IMG/VR virus record: IMGVR_UViG_3300042923_000569
Coordinates: 1 to 64,000 of that record
Reading direction: 5' to 3' (one strand)
DNA length: 64,000 nucleotides
How positions within the stretch are numbered: the first letter of the stretch is position 1; every line of letters starts with the position of its first letter. Under the pieces are notes generated by a model that did not search any database, was not told the origin of the DNA, and saw nothing but the letters and a program-made list of their open reading frames with translations. This document shows positions 1-13,499 of this stretch, piece by piece. A program made the translations under genes and the position numbers.

Positions 1-258
1 ACCATGAAGGTAGATACCATCGCTAATCATACGACCTGCACATGATACGGTTTTAATTTCCCCGCTGATTTTGCTTAGGGTGAAGATTGCTTTACGTTGT
101 GAGTTTTTAAAACCGTCAATACCAGGTAGTGCACGGTCAAAAGTACTTAGAGCATATTCTAAGGATGATTGGTTAATATAATCTGAACTTCCAAAGTCCA
201 GTAGGGTTAATTCGTTTGGAACTACTTCTTGTGTTTGAGTTTTCTTTGATTTACGCAT
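1..258 (-). CDS. gp52: Topoisomerase II GyrA/ParC-like subunit (T4 gp52-like), 5' part, runs off window; absent from ORF track
   Basis: Manual translation MRKSKK...FDRALPGIDGFKNSQRKAIF...GRMISDGIYLHG matches the RA(I/L)P..DG.K..QRK and YxHG motifs; SD GAGG upstream; follows the GyrB-like gene. Confidence 0.88.
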   Translation of the reverse strand, partial: MRKSKKTQTQEVVPNELTLLDFGSSDYINQSSLEYALSTFDRALPGIDGFKNSQRKAIFTLSKISGEIKTVSCAGRMISDGIYLHG

Positions 259-281
259 TCCATTTGCCTCTTTGTTATTTC

Positions 282-300
282 GGGGTACATCCTGTACCCC
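282..300 (-). promoter_or_regulatory. 8-bp intergenic hairpin GGGGUACA-GGA-UGUACCCC without U-tract (CsrA-site-like CAGGAUG)
   Basis: Perfect inverted repeat between the gp39 stop and the gp52 SD. Confidence 0.6.
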
Positions 301-308
301 ACTAATTC

Positions 309-2288
309 TTAGTCTTCTTTAGTCCATTCTTTTCGGTCGTCAGCACGTTCCTTATTAAAGATTAGGTCTAAGGTTGCCCCTAGATTGCCATCATCAGTAA
401 TAGCTACTGCAACGCCATTTTCTAATGCATCACGGAAGTTTGAAACTTCTAGAGTCCCAAGACCTTTTGCACGAGTGGCTTTCCAACCTTTCCATTCTTC
501 AGGATCGTATTCATGGACGTTATGACCATAGAAGTATCTTGATTCTTTACCCTTTTCTAGAATAATAAATGGAGTTTTGAAAATATAAATGAATGGATTT
601 TCTGTATCTGCGAATAGTTCAGGCCAGAACTTATAGAAAAAGTTCACGACTAGAGCACCGATGTTTTTACCATCTTCATCTTCGTCAGCACAGATATATA
701 ATTTACCGAAGTTTAAACTATCACGATCTAGTTTTTCTCCAGGAATAATATTTAATGAAGCCATAATGTCATGAATAGCCGATGGTTTGTCAGCCGTACC
801 CATTAGATCCTTAGTCTTCTCTTTACCGTTTACGTTTTGGATTTTACCACGTAATGGAAGAATACCATGAATAGCTGAGTTACGAGCTGCTGTCATTGAA
901 CTGACCGCTGAATCACCTTCTGCAATTAGAAGAATACATTCTTTACGTGGAACAGTATCGTTAACATCACGAAGCTTAGCTACTTTACCTTTAAGTAAAC
1001 GCTTAGCCATTTTGCGATCTTCATCTGCATCTTTCTTATTAGTACGCTCAGCACAACGAGCATAAATCTCTTCGACCCAATCATTATTCTTCTTGATTAG
1101 TTCTACAAAGAATTCTTCGCTTAGTGCATTCTGTACTGGTTTAATGACATTTTCATTAGTTAACTTGGTTTTGATTTGTGAGTTGAATGTTGGAGTATTC
1201 ATCTTAGTGACGTTATAAATCAACAAACCTTCTTCAATATCAGAACGGTTAGGAGTCATCTTCTTTTGCTTAGACTTACGTTCAAGTGCTTTAATTACAC
1301 CCAATGCAAACTTCTGCTGGAACGTATCTAAGTGTGTACCACCTTCTAAGGATGGTGCGTTGTTTACAAGACCTTGCATATGCAAGTTCTTACTCAAACC
1401 CTGTACTGCATTTGGTACGATTAAGAAAGTACTGTTCAAGCCTGTTTCTGCATCGTCAACTTGCAATGACATAGTTTTAGCAGAACCGAACAAACCTTTA
1501 CGTGCAACGGTAATTTTATCACCATTCAAATAAATTTTATAAGTAGGGTTAGCTGCTGCAATTTCTTTAAGAATACTGAAGACTAGTTCAGTAGGTAGAG
1601 TGTGTACTTTAAACACTTCTTTACTGATTTTAAATCTTACTGTAGTTCCTGTTTTTTCAGTAGCAATCTTACGAATAGATGGCTCGTCAATTCCAAGTTC
1701 AGGAAACATTTGCGTTCCTTCTGTGAATTTCTGAGTAAACTTATATGTACCATTATATTCGGAGTTTGCTTTATCTGTTTTGTAAGGCTTACCAGTACGA
1801 TGAATTTCAAGTTCAGCTTTCTCACTAACAATCATTACTACTGAACCACCAAGACCGTTCATACCAACTACGTTGTTACGTTCATCATCATTAAAGTTAC
1901 GTCCAGTTTTCATTTCTGTTAGAACCATAGTACAGACATGTTTCTGTGCTTCTGGTACATAGTCAATGGGAATACCACGACCATTATCGCTAATTTCGAA
2001 CTCAAGTTCATCTTCATTATATGTTACATGCAAAGTTGGGCTTTTAGCACCGGACTTTACGAATTCATCTAATGAGTTGTCCACGATTTCGCGGAATGAA
2101 GTTAGTAAAGCTGGAACCCAACGTAAATTTTGTACGTTAAAACCATCTTCACCGAAAAGTAGTACTGGTTGTTCATGTTCTGATTTAGAACCCAAATACA
2201 TTTCAGTACGGATACGAGCATGTTGATATTCAGTTAGTTGTTGAACACCGTGTTCTGCTAGGACTGAACTTTTCTTTTCCTTTGCCAT
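309..2288 (-). CDS. gp39: Topoisomerase II ATPase+TOPRIM subunit (T4 gp39+gp60 as one ORF)
   Basis: GHKL motifs EIVDNSLDE, DNGRGIP, GMNGLGG; TOPRIM EGDSA, PLRGKI, DEDEDG; KGLG. Confidence 0.95.
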   Translation of the reverse strand: MAKEKKSSVLAEHGVQQLTEYQHARIRTEMYLGSKSEHEQPVLLFGEDGFNVQNLRWVPALLTSFREIVDNSLDEFVKSGAKSPTLHVTYNEDELEFEISDNGRGIPIDYVPEAQKHVCTMVLTEMKTGRNFNDDERNNVVGMNGLGGSVVMIVSEKAELEIHRTGKPYKTDKANSEYNGTYKFTQKFTEGTQMFPELGIDEPSIRKIATEKTGTTVRFKISKEVFKVHTLPTELVFSILKEIAAANPTYKIYLNGDKITVARKGLFGSAKTMSLQVDDAETGLNSTFLIVPNAVQGLSKNLHMQGLVNNAPSLEGGTHLDTFQQKFALGVIKALERKSKQKKMTPNRSDIEEGLLIYNVTKMNTPTFNSQIKTKLTNENVIKPVQNALSEEFFVELIKKNNDWVEEIYARCAERTNKKDADEDRKMAKRLLKGKVAKLRDVNDTVPRKECILLIAEGDSAVSSMTAARNSAIHGILPLRGKIQNVNGKEKTKDLMGTADKPSAIHDIMASLNIIPGEKLDRDSLNFGKLYICADEDEDGKNIGALVVNFFYKFWPELFADTENPFIYIFKTPFIILEKGKESRYFYGHNVHEYDPEEWKGWKATRAKGLGTLEVSNFRDALENGVAVAITDDGNLGATLDLIFNKERADDRKEWTKED

Positions 2289-2322
2289 TTTTTAATTCCC
2301 TTTATTGTTTCTTAGCCAGTAT

Positions 2323-2351
2323 ATTATAGCATAAATTGTTTCTTTGTTTCA
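2323..2351 (-). promoter_or_regulatory. TGAAAC-class promoter of topoisomerase operon
   Basis: TGAAAC-17 bp-TATAAT with extended -10 TGc. Confidence 0.8.
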
Positions 2352-2380
2352 AAAAAATAACGACGCATATAGCGTCGTTA
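2351..2380 (-). terminator. Intrinsic terminator
   Basis: TAACGACGC/GCGTCGTTA stem followed by a T7 run on the minus strand. Confidence 0.8.
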
Positions 2381-2384
2381 ATAT

Positions 2385-2750
2385 TTATAGAAGAACTAAG
2401 ATAGCAATAATGACGTAGTGAGTCAAATGGTGTGCCATCTGGTCTAATCCTAAGTACCACCAGAACTGAGGTTTAGTACTGTCAGTAGTTCGTGATGCCT
2501 CAACCTTTACTTTATCTACAATAAAATGCACTACAAAGTCTAATACTGCAACAGCAAGTGCAATTTTAAATCCAAAGAATAAACCAATTAAGAAAGTACC
2601 GATGAAATGTACCGCTGCGTGTGCAGTTAATGGTAATTCCCATCCTTCTTTCTTAAACTTACCTAACATGTAAGTACCCTGCAAAGGGTAATCACATACA
2701 AAATGCTTAATTTGAAATGCTATTAAAAGAATAAAAAGTGTGACAATCAT
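2385..2750 (-). CDS. DUF3307-like membrane protein
   Basis: HFVCDYPLQ, L..H..VH, HFIVD..K, GLDQMAHH pattern; hydrophobic helices. Confidence 0.75.
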   Translation of the reverse strand: MIVTLFILLIAFQIKHFVCDYPLQGTYMLGKFKKEGWELPLTAHAAVHFIGTFLIGLFFGFKIALAVAVLDFVVHFIVDKVKVEASRTTDSTKPQFWWYLGLDQMAHHLTHYVIIAILVLL

Positions 2751-2757
2751 AATTACC

Positions 2758-5109
2758 TTATTTTACTAGTAGGAATTGAAGGTCGGCTGAAGGTGAATCT
2801 TCATCGCCCCAATATTTGTGAAATTTCTCTGGTGTTGCTCTTTGAATAATTTCGCCATCAGAAACTACATATACTTCATGATTGGAAATTAACTTCTGCC
2901 AAAAACGAATAGCATCTTCTGAATGCAACGTATCACTCAAAATCTGTAGACCGCTTTTAATCATATCCATATACATCTGATAGACTATTCCTTTACGTCC
3001 ACGCTTTGCTGCAATAGCTTCAATGTGAAATACCTTACCAATTAACTGACCACTAACTACTGCAATCTCATTACCTGAATCGTCATACGCCATATATCCA
3101 GAACCATTTTTTGATTTAGCCACGGAAAATCCATCATGTTCAGCAACAGGGATCATTTTATCTCTTGAATTCAACTTTGCAGTTTTATCAACAAATTCAA
3201 CAGGGTCTGTATCAGCAAATGCATCAAATCGTTGTGGCATTTCTTGTAATTGATCCTTATTAATTAATTCCTGTTCATCAGCATCATCAATATCGTGCTC
3301 TAACTCTGCATTCTGAACAATATCAGCTAACCCACGCATAGAAGATTCAGCCATTGCAGACATACGTTCTTTACGGGATGCAGTACGTTCTACGTAATAA
3401 TCTAGACGCTCATCAAAATCAGCAATATCACTTGCACTTAGGAGTGCTTTAGAAATATGTCTAGGTTCAACTTCCGGTTTGTAATAACTTTCAAATAACT
3501 TGTTGGCAAAAGATTCAAAATCTTGTTCCTTCAAATTATTGAACATGTTTTCACCACCATTCATGTCGAGTGAATATTTTTTACCAGAAGATTGAACTGT
3601 CATCTTGAATTTTACACCAGCCATCTCAATTTCAAAATAACCTTCATCTTCAATATAATCATTAAATGTGATGTTCTTAGTACTATCTTGATTTAAGAAC
3701 TCTGCACTTTCAGCAAGGTTTTCAACTGCAAATAATAACCCATTTAAATTTGCATCAGGAGTTGATTCATCTTCTAACTTGTCTTTTAGCTTTAGAATAT
3801 TTCTCATATTTCCAAGATATTCAATTGGTAATGATGCCATTTGTTCTTTAGTTAGATCAATGCGAAGCTTTTTCTCATCACCTTCTTTAACTAGTAGGAA
3901 ATATTCGTCTTCGTATCTTTTTCTAAAAACTACTGAATATGATGGTTGATACCCACCATCAACAAATAATGTAAACTGTTCTGGATCTTCCATATTCACA
4001 TCATTATTGGTGGTTGGTTGCTGATCATATTCTCTCCATACTCGAAGATATAAATCCCCCATTAGGCTTTGTCCAGCTTCAGGGTAATCTAAACTCTTTT
4101 GTGAGTGGTGCCCGTCGGAAATATCCTTCTCTGATGAATCAAATTCATGATCTTCATCTTGATTTAAATCATTATCATAAAAGTTATTTACGAACTTATA
4201 AATCAATTTCATTGCCTTATTTGCACGAGCATCCTCTTTGTACTTTCTAAGTACTGAAATGATTTTGGATTGACCAAGAGTTTTCATAGCATATTGTATG
4301 GAATTGGAAATATCTTTATTTTTATTTCCAGTAAGTTCATCTTTATTATTTTCAAGCCATTGAGTTGCACGCAACGCCAAATCTTGAACTTGTGGTCCAA
4401 ATTCAACCCCACCAGCATAATATCTGTCATCACCTGTATGGGAGCCACTATAGCCTTTAGCACGCATAGTTTGCTGATCATTTGGATTCAAATTTTTTAA
4501 AACTACTGATTGAATAGTGTGTTGTAACTCATGCTGTACAGTATCCATAAAGTAATTTAGATGATCCACTATTGCATTAATATCATTACTGTTTTTTATT
4601 TCAGCATTATAATTAGGAACACCAAGATCTAACTCATTATAAGTTTCATCAGTACCACTACTACCAGCTTTATCAATGAATTGATTACTGATTTTCATAG
4701 TAATACGCATTTTATCAATAAGTTCTTTGGTCTTTGGATTTTTCTTTAAATTATCAGGTAATTGATTAAAGATCTCATCTGCATCCAATTTAAGATTAGT
4801 ACTACTGTTAACATACTTTTTCAAGTCATTTGGTGAAAGTACCGAAGCATTATATTTTCGCTGGAACCTTTTGCACCAATTCAATAGTGCAGTGGCTTTT
4901 TCAGATTGGCCTTTATTTTGTAAATCATGCTGTTTCATTACAGCCATTGTTAAGAGTACTGAACCAATAAATTTCTGTACTCTCTGTAATAATGCTGGTG
5001 GTACATTTAAAACACCAACACCTCTAGCTTCATCCAGTACCTGTTCTTCTTCAGCCGGAGGCTGGATTGCAGCATTTAAATGCTCATGAGCCTTACTTAT
5101 ATTTGGCAT
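2758..5109 (-). CDS. Multidomain protein: N-terminal HExxH zincin-like domain, C-terminal GNAT-like domain; probable internal head protein
   Basis: QHELQH plus YY..G.EF.PQ; C-terminal FHIEAIAAKRGRKGIVYQMY...SD...AIRFWQKL; LDEA and LQEM putative protease sites. Confidence 0.6.
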   Translation of the reverse strand: MPNISKAHEHLNAAIQPPAEEEQVLDEARGVGVLNVPPALLQRVQKFIGSVLLTMAVMKQHDLQNKGQSEKATALLNWCKRFQRKYNASVLSPNDLKKYVNSSTNLKLDADEIFNQLPDNLKKNPKTKELIDKMRITMKISNQFIDKAGSSGTDETYNELDLGVPNYNAEIKNSNDINAIVDHLNYFMDTVQHELQHTIQSVVLKNLNPNDQQTMRAKGYSGSHTGDDRYYAGGVEFGPQVQDLALRATQWLENNKDELTGNKNKDISNSIQYAMKTLGQSKIISVLRKYKEDARANKAMKLIYKFVNNFYDNDLNQDEDHEFDSSEKDISDGHHSQKSLDYPEAGQSLMGDLYLRVWREYDQQPTTNNDVNMEDPEQFTLFVDGGYQPSYSVVFRKRYEDEYFLLVKEGDEKKLRIDLTKEQMASLPIEYLGNMRNILKLKDKLEDESTPDANLNGLLFAVENLAESAEFLNQDSTKNITFNDYIEDEGYFEIEMAGVKFKMTVQSSGKKYSLDMNGGENMFNNLKEQDFESFANKLFESYYKPEVEPRHISKALLSASDIADFDERLDYYVERTASRKERMSAMAESSMRGLADIVQNAELEHDIDDADEQELINKDQLQEMPQRFDAFADTDPVEFVDKTAKLNSRDKMIPVAEHDGFSVAKSKNGSGYMAYDDSGNEIAVVSGQLIGKVFHIEAIAAKRGRKGIVYQMYMDMIKSGLQILSDTLHSEDAIRFWQKLISNHEVYVVSDGEIIQRATPEKFHKYWGDEDSPSADLQFLLVK

Positions 5110-5110
5110 A

Positions 5111-7276
<2,166 letters not shown>

Positions 7277-7288
7277 AAGTATTAGTTA

Positions 7289-7819
7289 TTAAATGTCACC
7301 TGGGAAATCGCGACGGATAAGATTTTCAAGTAATTCCATACTATCCATTGATTCTGATTCATAAATTTCAATCATATCAGTTTCAAGTTCATTACCTGTT
7401 GCGACATTGGCAGTTTCAACCATACAAGAGAATGTATGCATTAGTTCCATAGTACCTTTCGCTACTACAGCAGAACCTTCATGATGAATAGCATTCACAA
7501 TGTTATGAGTTTCTTCATAATCTTTGCGGAAAATGTCAGCCACAATCTGTTCAACATAACTAGCTGAGGTTGTAGCATTATCAAGAATAACAAGTTCAAA
7601 TTGTGGAACTTTTAATGTTGAAACTGGATTGTCTTTAAGGAAAGCATCAAAGCCGTACTTAATTGCATCCAATTCTTCCAAATCAAAAGAATCTTTAATT
7701 TTTGAAACATAATCAGTAATATCATTCGTGCCGACAATATAATATACTGAGTTTTTGTAAGAAGCTTTAACCACATCAGTACCAAATAGTGAGAAAACTT
7801 CACGTACAATATTAACCAT
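7289..7819 (-). CDS. clpS: ClpS-like adaptor with N-terminal extension
   Basis: ELVILDNATT...VEQIVADIF...IVNAIHHEGSAVV aligns to ClpS YKVILVNDDYT...AVHYQGKAI. Confidence 0.7.
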   Translation of the reverse strand: MVNIVREVFSLFGTDVVKASYKNSVYYIVGTNDITDYVSKIKDSFDLEELDAIKYGFDAFLKDNPVSTLKVPQFELVILDNATTSASYVEQIVADIFRKDYEETHNIVNAIHHEGSAVVAKGTMELMHTFSCMVETANVATGNELETDMIEIYESESMDSMELLENLIRRDFPGDI

Positions 7820-7841
7820 ATAATAGAACTCCGAGATGAGT

Positions 7842-7869
7842 GGGTGTTAAAACTATTTAGTTAACACCC
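7842..7869 (-). promoter_or_regulatory. 9-bp inverted repeat enclosing late-type TAAATA (7854-7859)
   Basis: GGGTGTTAA/TTAACACCC with CTAAATA in the loop. Confidence 0.55.
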
Positions 7870-7886
7870 TTATAAATTTTTTGTAC

Positions 7887-8396
7887 TTATTTTGCTTTAA
7901 CTGTGCAGGTGATATTGTTTCCCTGTACTGCAATTTGTTGAACAAACTCAGACTCATTAATACGAGAAACTACTTCTTTCAAGCGTTCAGTATTTGCTTT
8001 AACGAGTTCAGGGTTTGCTCGTGTACGTCCTGCCATTTTCATGACAATACGAACATGTTTACCTTCTTCAATAAACTTTTGTGCAGACTTTAATTTAGTA
8101 CTCAAGTCATGTTCATGAGTGTTGTATGCGAATTGTACTTCTTTAATTTGAACTGCGGTTTCACGCTGTTTCTTTTTGTTGTTCTTTTCAGTTTGTTTTT
8201 GATCGTACAAGTACTTGTTAAGATCAGCAACTTTAACAACGGGAACATCTTGTTCAGATACTTGAATTAAATCTAATTCTTTACTGTAAGCAAAAGAAAG
8301 TGCAGCAGCGATTGCCATTACTTTGCTAGAACCGTCTTCTTCTACTAAACGAACGTTCTTTGCAGTAATTTTTTCGTTGGCAATAACAGATTTCAT
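7887..8396 (-). CDS. infC: Translation initiation factor IF-3 (both domains)
   Basis: NEKITAKNVRLV, A...A....LDLIQVS...PVVKV.D..KYLY..K, IKEVQF.......HDL..K......F...G..V. Confidence 0.93.
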   Translation of the reverse strand: MKSVIANEKITAKNVRLVEEDGSSKVMAIAAALSFAYSKELDLIQVSEQDVPVVKVADLNKYLYDQKQTEKNNKKKQRETAVQIKEVQFAYNTHEHDLSTKLKSAQKFIEEGKHVRIVMKMAGRTRANPELVKANTERLKEVVSRINESEFVQQIAVQGNNITCTVKAK

Positions 8397-8434
8397 ATAG
8401 GTTTTATAACTCCGAGGGGGTATTCATTAGGTAA

Positions 8435-8462
8435 ATCATAACATAAATTTCAGATTTGTCAA
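8435..8462 (-). promoter_or_regulatory. Host sigma70-type promoter of IF-3 gene
   Basis: TTGACA-16 bp-TATGAT with extended -10 TG. Confidence 0.65.
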
Positions 8463-8466
8463 GCGT

Positions 8467-8661
8467 TTATCGCTTGTCGTCTGCGTCTTTCAATGCTTTG
8501 CAGATTTCTTGTACAAATTTCAAATTTGCAATAGCAGTATCTGCAACACTGCGGGTACGTGGATAAGGGGCTTCTTTAGACATTTTTTCTAAATCATAAA
8601 TTATCTTATCAAAAGCAGAAACGTCCTCTAGAATCCTATCATAAAAAGTTTTGTCGTCCAT
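8467..8661 (-). CDS. Hypothetical protein (64 aa)
   Basis: ORF with SD GGAG in operon context. Confidence 0.55.
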   Translation of the reverse strand: MDDKTFYDRILEDVSAFDKIIYDLEKMSKEAPYPRTRSVADTAIANLKFVQEICKALKDADDKR

Positions 8662-8682
8662 GTCAACTCCATGTTGAAAATA

Positions 8683-9216
8683 TTATAGTGTAATGTAACT
8701 AACGGTAGTACTAACAGTTTCTGCTGGAACATCAACGTAGATCGTTTCTAGTTCATGATAATTGTTGGTAGTTGTTGCACCTGGATACGGAGCACGGTTC
8801 ACAGTTTTCTGTACTTCAACAAACTCACCAACGATTTCTTGTGCAAGTGATTCATCGATGATTGTCTTGATCACTAAACTTGCTACGTCTTCTGGTACTT
8901 GACCTTCAACAAAAGGAACCTGATTTACAAATGCATCATAGCTGATGTAACCAACGGTGATTTTTGCATCAGTTGGGATTGCAGTTGCAGATCCAGCCGT
9001 AGTGTAATCGATCTTGAAGTATACTGGAACAGCTAGTTCACTTAGTTTACGTTCAATTTGTTTTAGACGAACAAATGCAATACCTTTATCAAGGGTTTGT
9101 GCATCAGTAGGTACTGTAGTACTGGTATTGTCATAATCTGAGTACTGATAAAACTTTTTATCATCTAAAAGTTGACCAGGTACTTCGATAGTAAATGCTT
9201 GAAATAAATTGTTCAT
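8683..9216 (-). CDS. Hypothetical late/virion protein (start moved to MNNLFQ)
   Basis: SD GGAG before ATG 9216; late-type TAAATA upstream; T/V/A-rich. Confidence 0.55.
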   Translation of the reverse strand: MNNLFQAFTIEVPGQLLDDKKFYQYSDYDNTSTTVPTDAQTLDKGIAFVRLKQIERKLSELAVPVYFKIDYTTAGSATAIPTDAKITVGYISYDAFVNQVPFVEGQVPEDVASLVIKTIIDESLAQEIVGEFVEVQKTVNRAPYPGATTTNNYHELETIYVDVPAETVSTTVSYITL

Positions 9217-9243
9217 TGTAGTCTCCAATATAGAACTTTATAC

Positions 9244-9277
9244 TATTTATGTGTGAACATATTAGAAAGTTCACACA
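9244..9277 (-). promoter_or_regulatory. Late-type TAAATA (9244-9249) abutting a 9-bp inverted repeat
   Basis: TGTGTGAAC/GTTCACACA immediately upstream of TAAATA. Confidence 0.55.
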
Positions 9278-9292
9278 AGGGCAGTTAACCCG

Positions 9293-10629
9293 TTAATATC
9301 TTCCGTTTTTACGTAACATTACGCTATAACGTGGACGGGTCAAAGCTGTATAAAGGATACGGCATTTAGTATCGTTGTTTGCAATGCGTTCGATAAAATC
9401 TGTATCGAACCAGATATTATTAAAAGTACTTCCCTGTGACTTGTGAGCAGTAGTTGCATATGGATAGTTTATAACGTTAATCTTATTCTTGATAACGTAA
9501 TAGTCCTGCCACATGTACGGCTTTTTAGTTAATGGATTTTCTGCTTTCTTTTCAATCTTATCTACCAAATCTTCAAGATGCTTATCCAATGTAAGTCGTG
9601 TATACGGCCCAACCCCAAGAATGAAATTACCATTTGGTAATTTAAACTGCCAACAATCAATACCTAGAAATGATTCTTGTCTTATTTCTGGACACTGAAT
9701 TATTTGCTGTACTGTGTATGGACAGTTCTCAGTAATGGTTTCAAACACAATTGGTTCACCTGCAACAAATTCTGATTCAGTATGTTCTGGAAACACTTCG
9801 TTTCTGATATACATGTTTGCAAAGTTTACACGATAGTTTGTATAAGCAATAATCTTATTCTCTTGAACAAAATCATATAATTTTCTTGAAGAAGTTCGGT
9901 TCTCATTAACATATTCTTTATAAATGTCCAGAAATAGCATCTCGTCATCAATTGGCGTGATGGTATCCATTCCTTCCAGATTATTAAGAATATCCATTGG
10001 TTCCCGACCAGTACCGATACATTCACGAATCTGAGTTGCGACATTGATAATTGGATTATCAAGTGCCTGACGTAAAACATCAGTAAGTTCATATTTTAGT
10101 GTAATGTCAAAGGTAGGACTTAGTTTTGTTACATTGTTAGTTCCTTCAGTTTCAACTGGAGGTAATTGACATGAATCACCAATGAAAATAATAGCCCTAC
10201 GAACACGGTGAATCTGGCTCATAATATGCTGATACATCTCTTCGGAAATCATACTACATTCATCAACGAATAGTACGTCAACCATAGCAGTACTGTTCTT
10301 TGATTGTGGGTCATGCTTAAGTACTTGACGACTCTTTTCATAGACTAACTTAAGTCCTAAAAAGGAATGGATAGTACTTACTAGTGCGTCATCTTTTGTC
10401 AATCCAACATTGACTAACATATCACGAAGCACAGCGTTAGCTTTATGTGTAGGTGAAGTTACTGCAATGTTATATCCTTGATAGATATTTTCAATAATTT
10501 TAGAAACTAAAGTACTTTTACCAGTTCCTGCAAAGCCGATGATTACAGCTTCCGACCGACCAGGAAAATTATTAATTCGGTCGATTACATCATCAAAAAT
10601 ATATTGTTGCTTATCCGTAAGCGTAATAC

Positions 10630-10633
<4 letters not shown>
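9293..10633 (-). CDS. dda: Dda-like SF1B DNA helicase
   Basis: GFAGTGKS, SPTHKA, DECSM, GDSCQLPPV, YATTAHKSQGSTF, YTALTR. Confidence 0.92.
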
Positions 10634-11955
<1,322 letters not shown>

Positions 11956-11980
11956 AGTTGGCTCTGTTGTTAATGTAGAT

Positions 11981-12009
11981 ATTATACCATAATCGTCTTA
12001 TACGTTTCA
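11981..12009 (-). promoter_or_regulatory. TGAAAC-class promoter (frd-rnhA-dda operon)
   Basis: TGAAAC-17-TATAAT, TGg extended -10. Confidence 0.8.
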
Positions 12010-12038
12010 CTTATTTGCTATTTTTATGTACGTATCGG

Positions 12039-12044
12039 TAAATA
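12039..12044 (+). promoter_or_regulatory. Late-type TAAATA for the holin-like pair
   Basis: TAAATA-N4-TATA upstream of SD GGAGAGG. Confidence 0.5.
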
Positions 12045-12077
12045 TGTATATAAATTATTAAATAATGGAGAGGATAA

Positions 12078-12800
<723 letters not shown>

Positions 12801-12811
12801 GGAGAATAAAC

Positions 12812-13468
12812 ATGTTTAATCGTAAAGAACATCTACCTATCATCGGAAAGATGCTTACACTGGTTGCGTGTTTCGTACTTGGTTTGTTCATTCTGTTTAA
12901 TATGGATGCGATTCATAGAAAAACGGAAGCAGAAGTAGCTCCAGCAATAATGAAAAATATGTCTTCTGTTAATCAACAGAACACTGAAGTCATTAATATG
13001 GAGTTCAAGAAGATGATGATGAAATTTCCTGATATATCTTCTGTTGTCTTATACAAGTTTGTATCAGATAAAGGAACAAAGATGTACACTGGTCAGATTA
13101 ATATAACATCTGAAACCAATGACGGTACTAAATTACCAAACGATAGCACAGTTGTCCCGATGGTAGATGGTACTAATAATATTCAGGAAATACTCTTGAA
13201 TAATGTACATTACGAAAACATTGCAACTATACAACTACTTTGTGAAACCCGATATGATAATACTCAACCATATTCATGTGAACGGTATAAACGTAACGGT
13301 GAAACTTATAAAAGTATAGTGTCTATTCCCATTGTCCAAAACATCGATATTGGTGTTATTGGCTATGTGATGATAACTCTAGGATCTGAATACGATAACC
13401 TTCAAGTTCAAAATCTTGTTAACGGTCTAAGACCAAATCTGGCTAATGTCCAAATATTAGCTAAGTGA
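12812..13468 (+). CDS. Second T-holin-like paralog (TMD plus GAF-like domain)
   Basis: TMD LTLVACFVLGLFILF; SSVVLYKFV and SIVSIPIV..IGYVMITL mirror the upstream gene. Confidence 0.5.
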   Translation: MFNRKEHLPIIGKMLTLVACFVLGLFILFNMDAIHRKTEAEVAPAIMKNMSSVNQQNTEVINMEFKKMMMKFPDISSVVLYKFVSDKGTKMYTGQINITSETNDGTKLPNDSTVVPMVDGTNNIQEILLNNVHYENIATIQLLCETRYDNTQPYSCERYKRNGETYKSIVSIPIVQNIDIGVIGYVMITLGSEYDNLQVQNLVNGLRPNLANVQILAK

Positions 13469-13470
13469 AT

Positions 13471-13499
13471 AAAAAGGGAGCCAATGGCTCCCTTTTTTT
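13471..13499. terminator. Bidirectional terminator
   Basis: AAAAAGGGAGCCA-A-TGGCTCCCTTTTTTT between convergent genes. Confidence 0.9.

Noticed and set aside
309-2288. T4 gene 60-type ribosomal bypass or split in topoisomerase
   Set aside because: ATPase and TOPRIM regions are one uninterrupted ORF.
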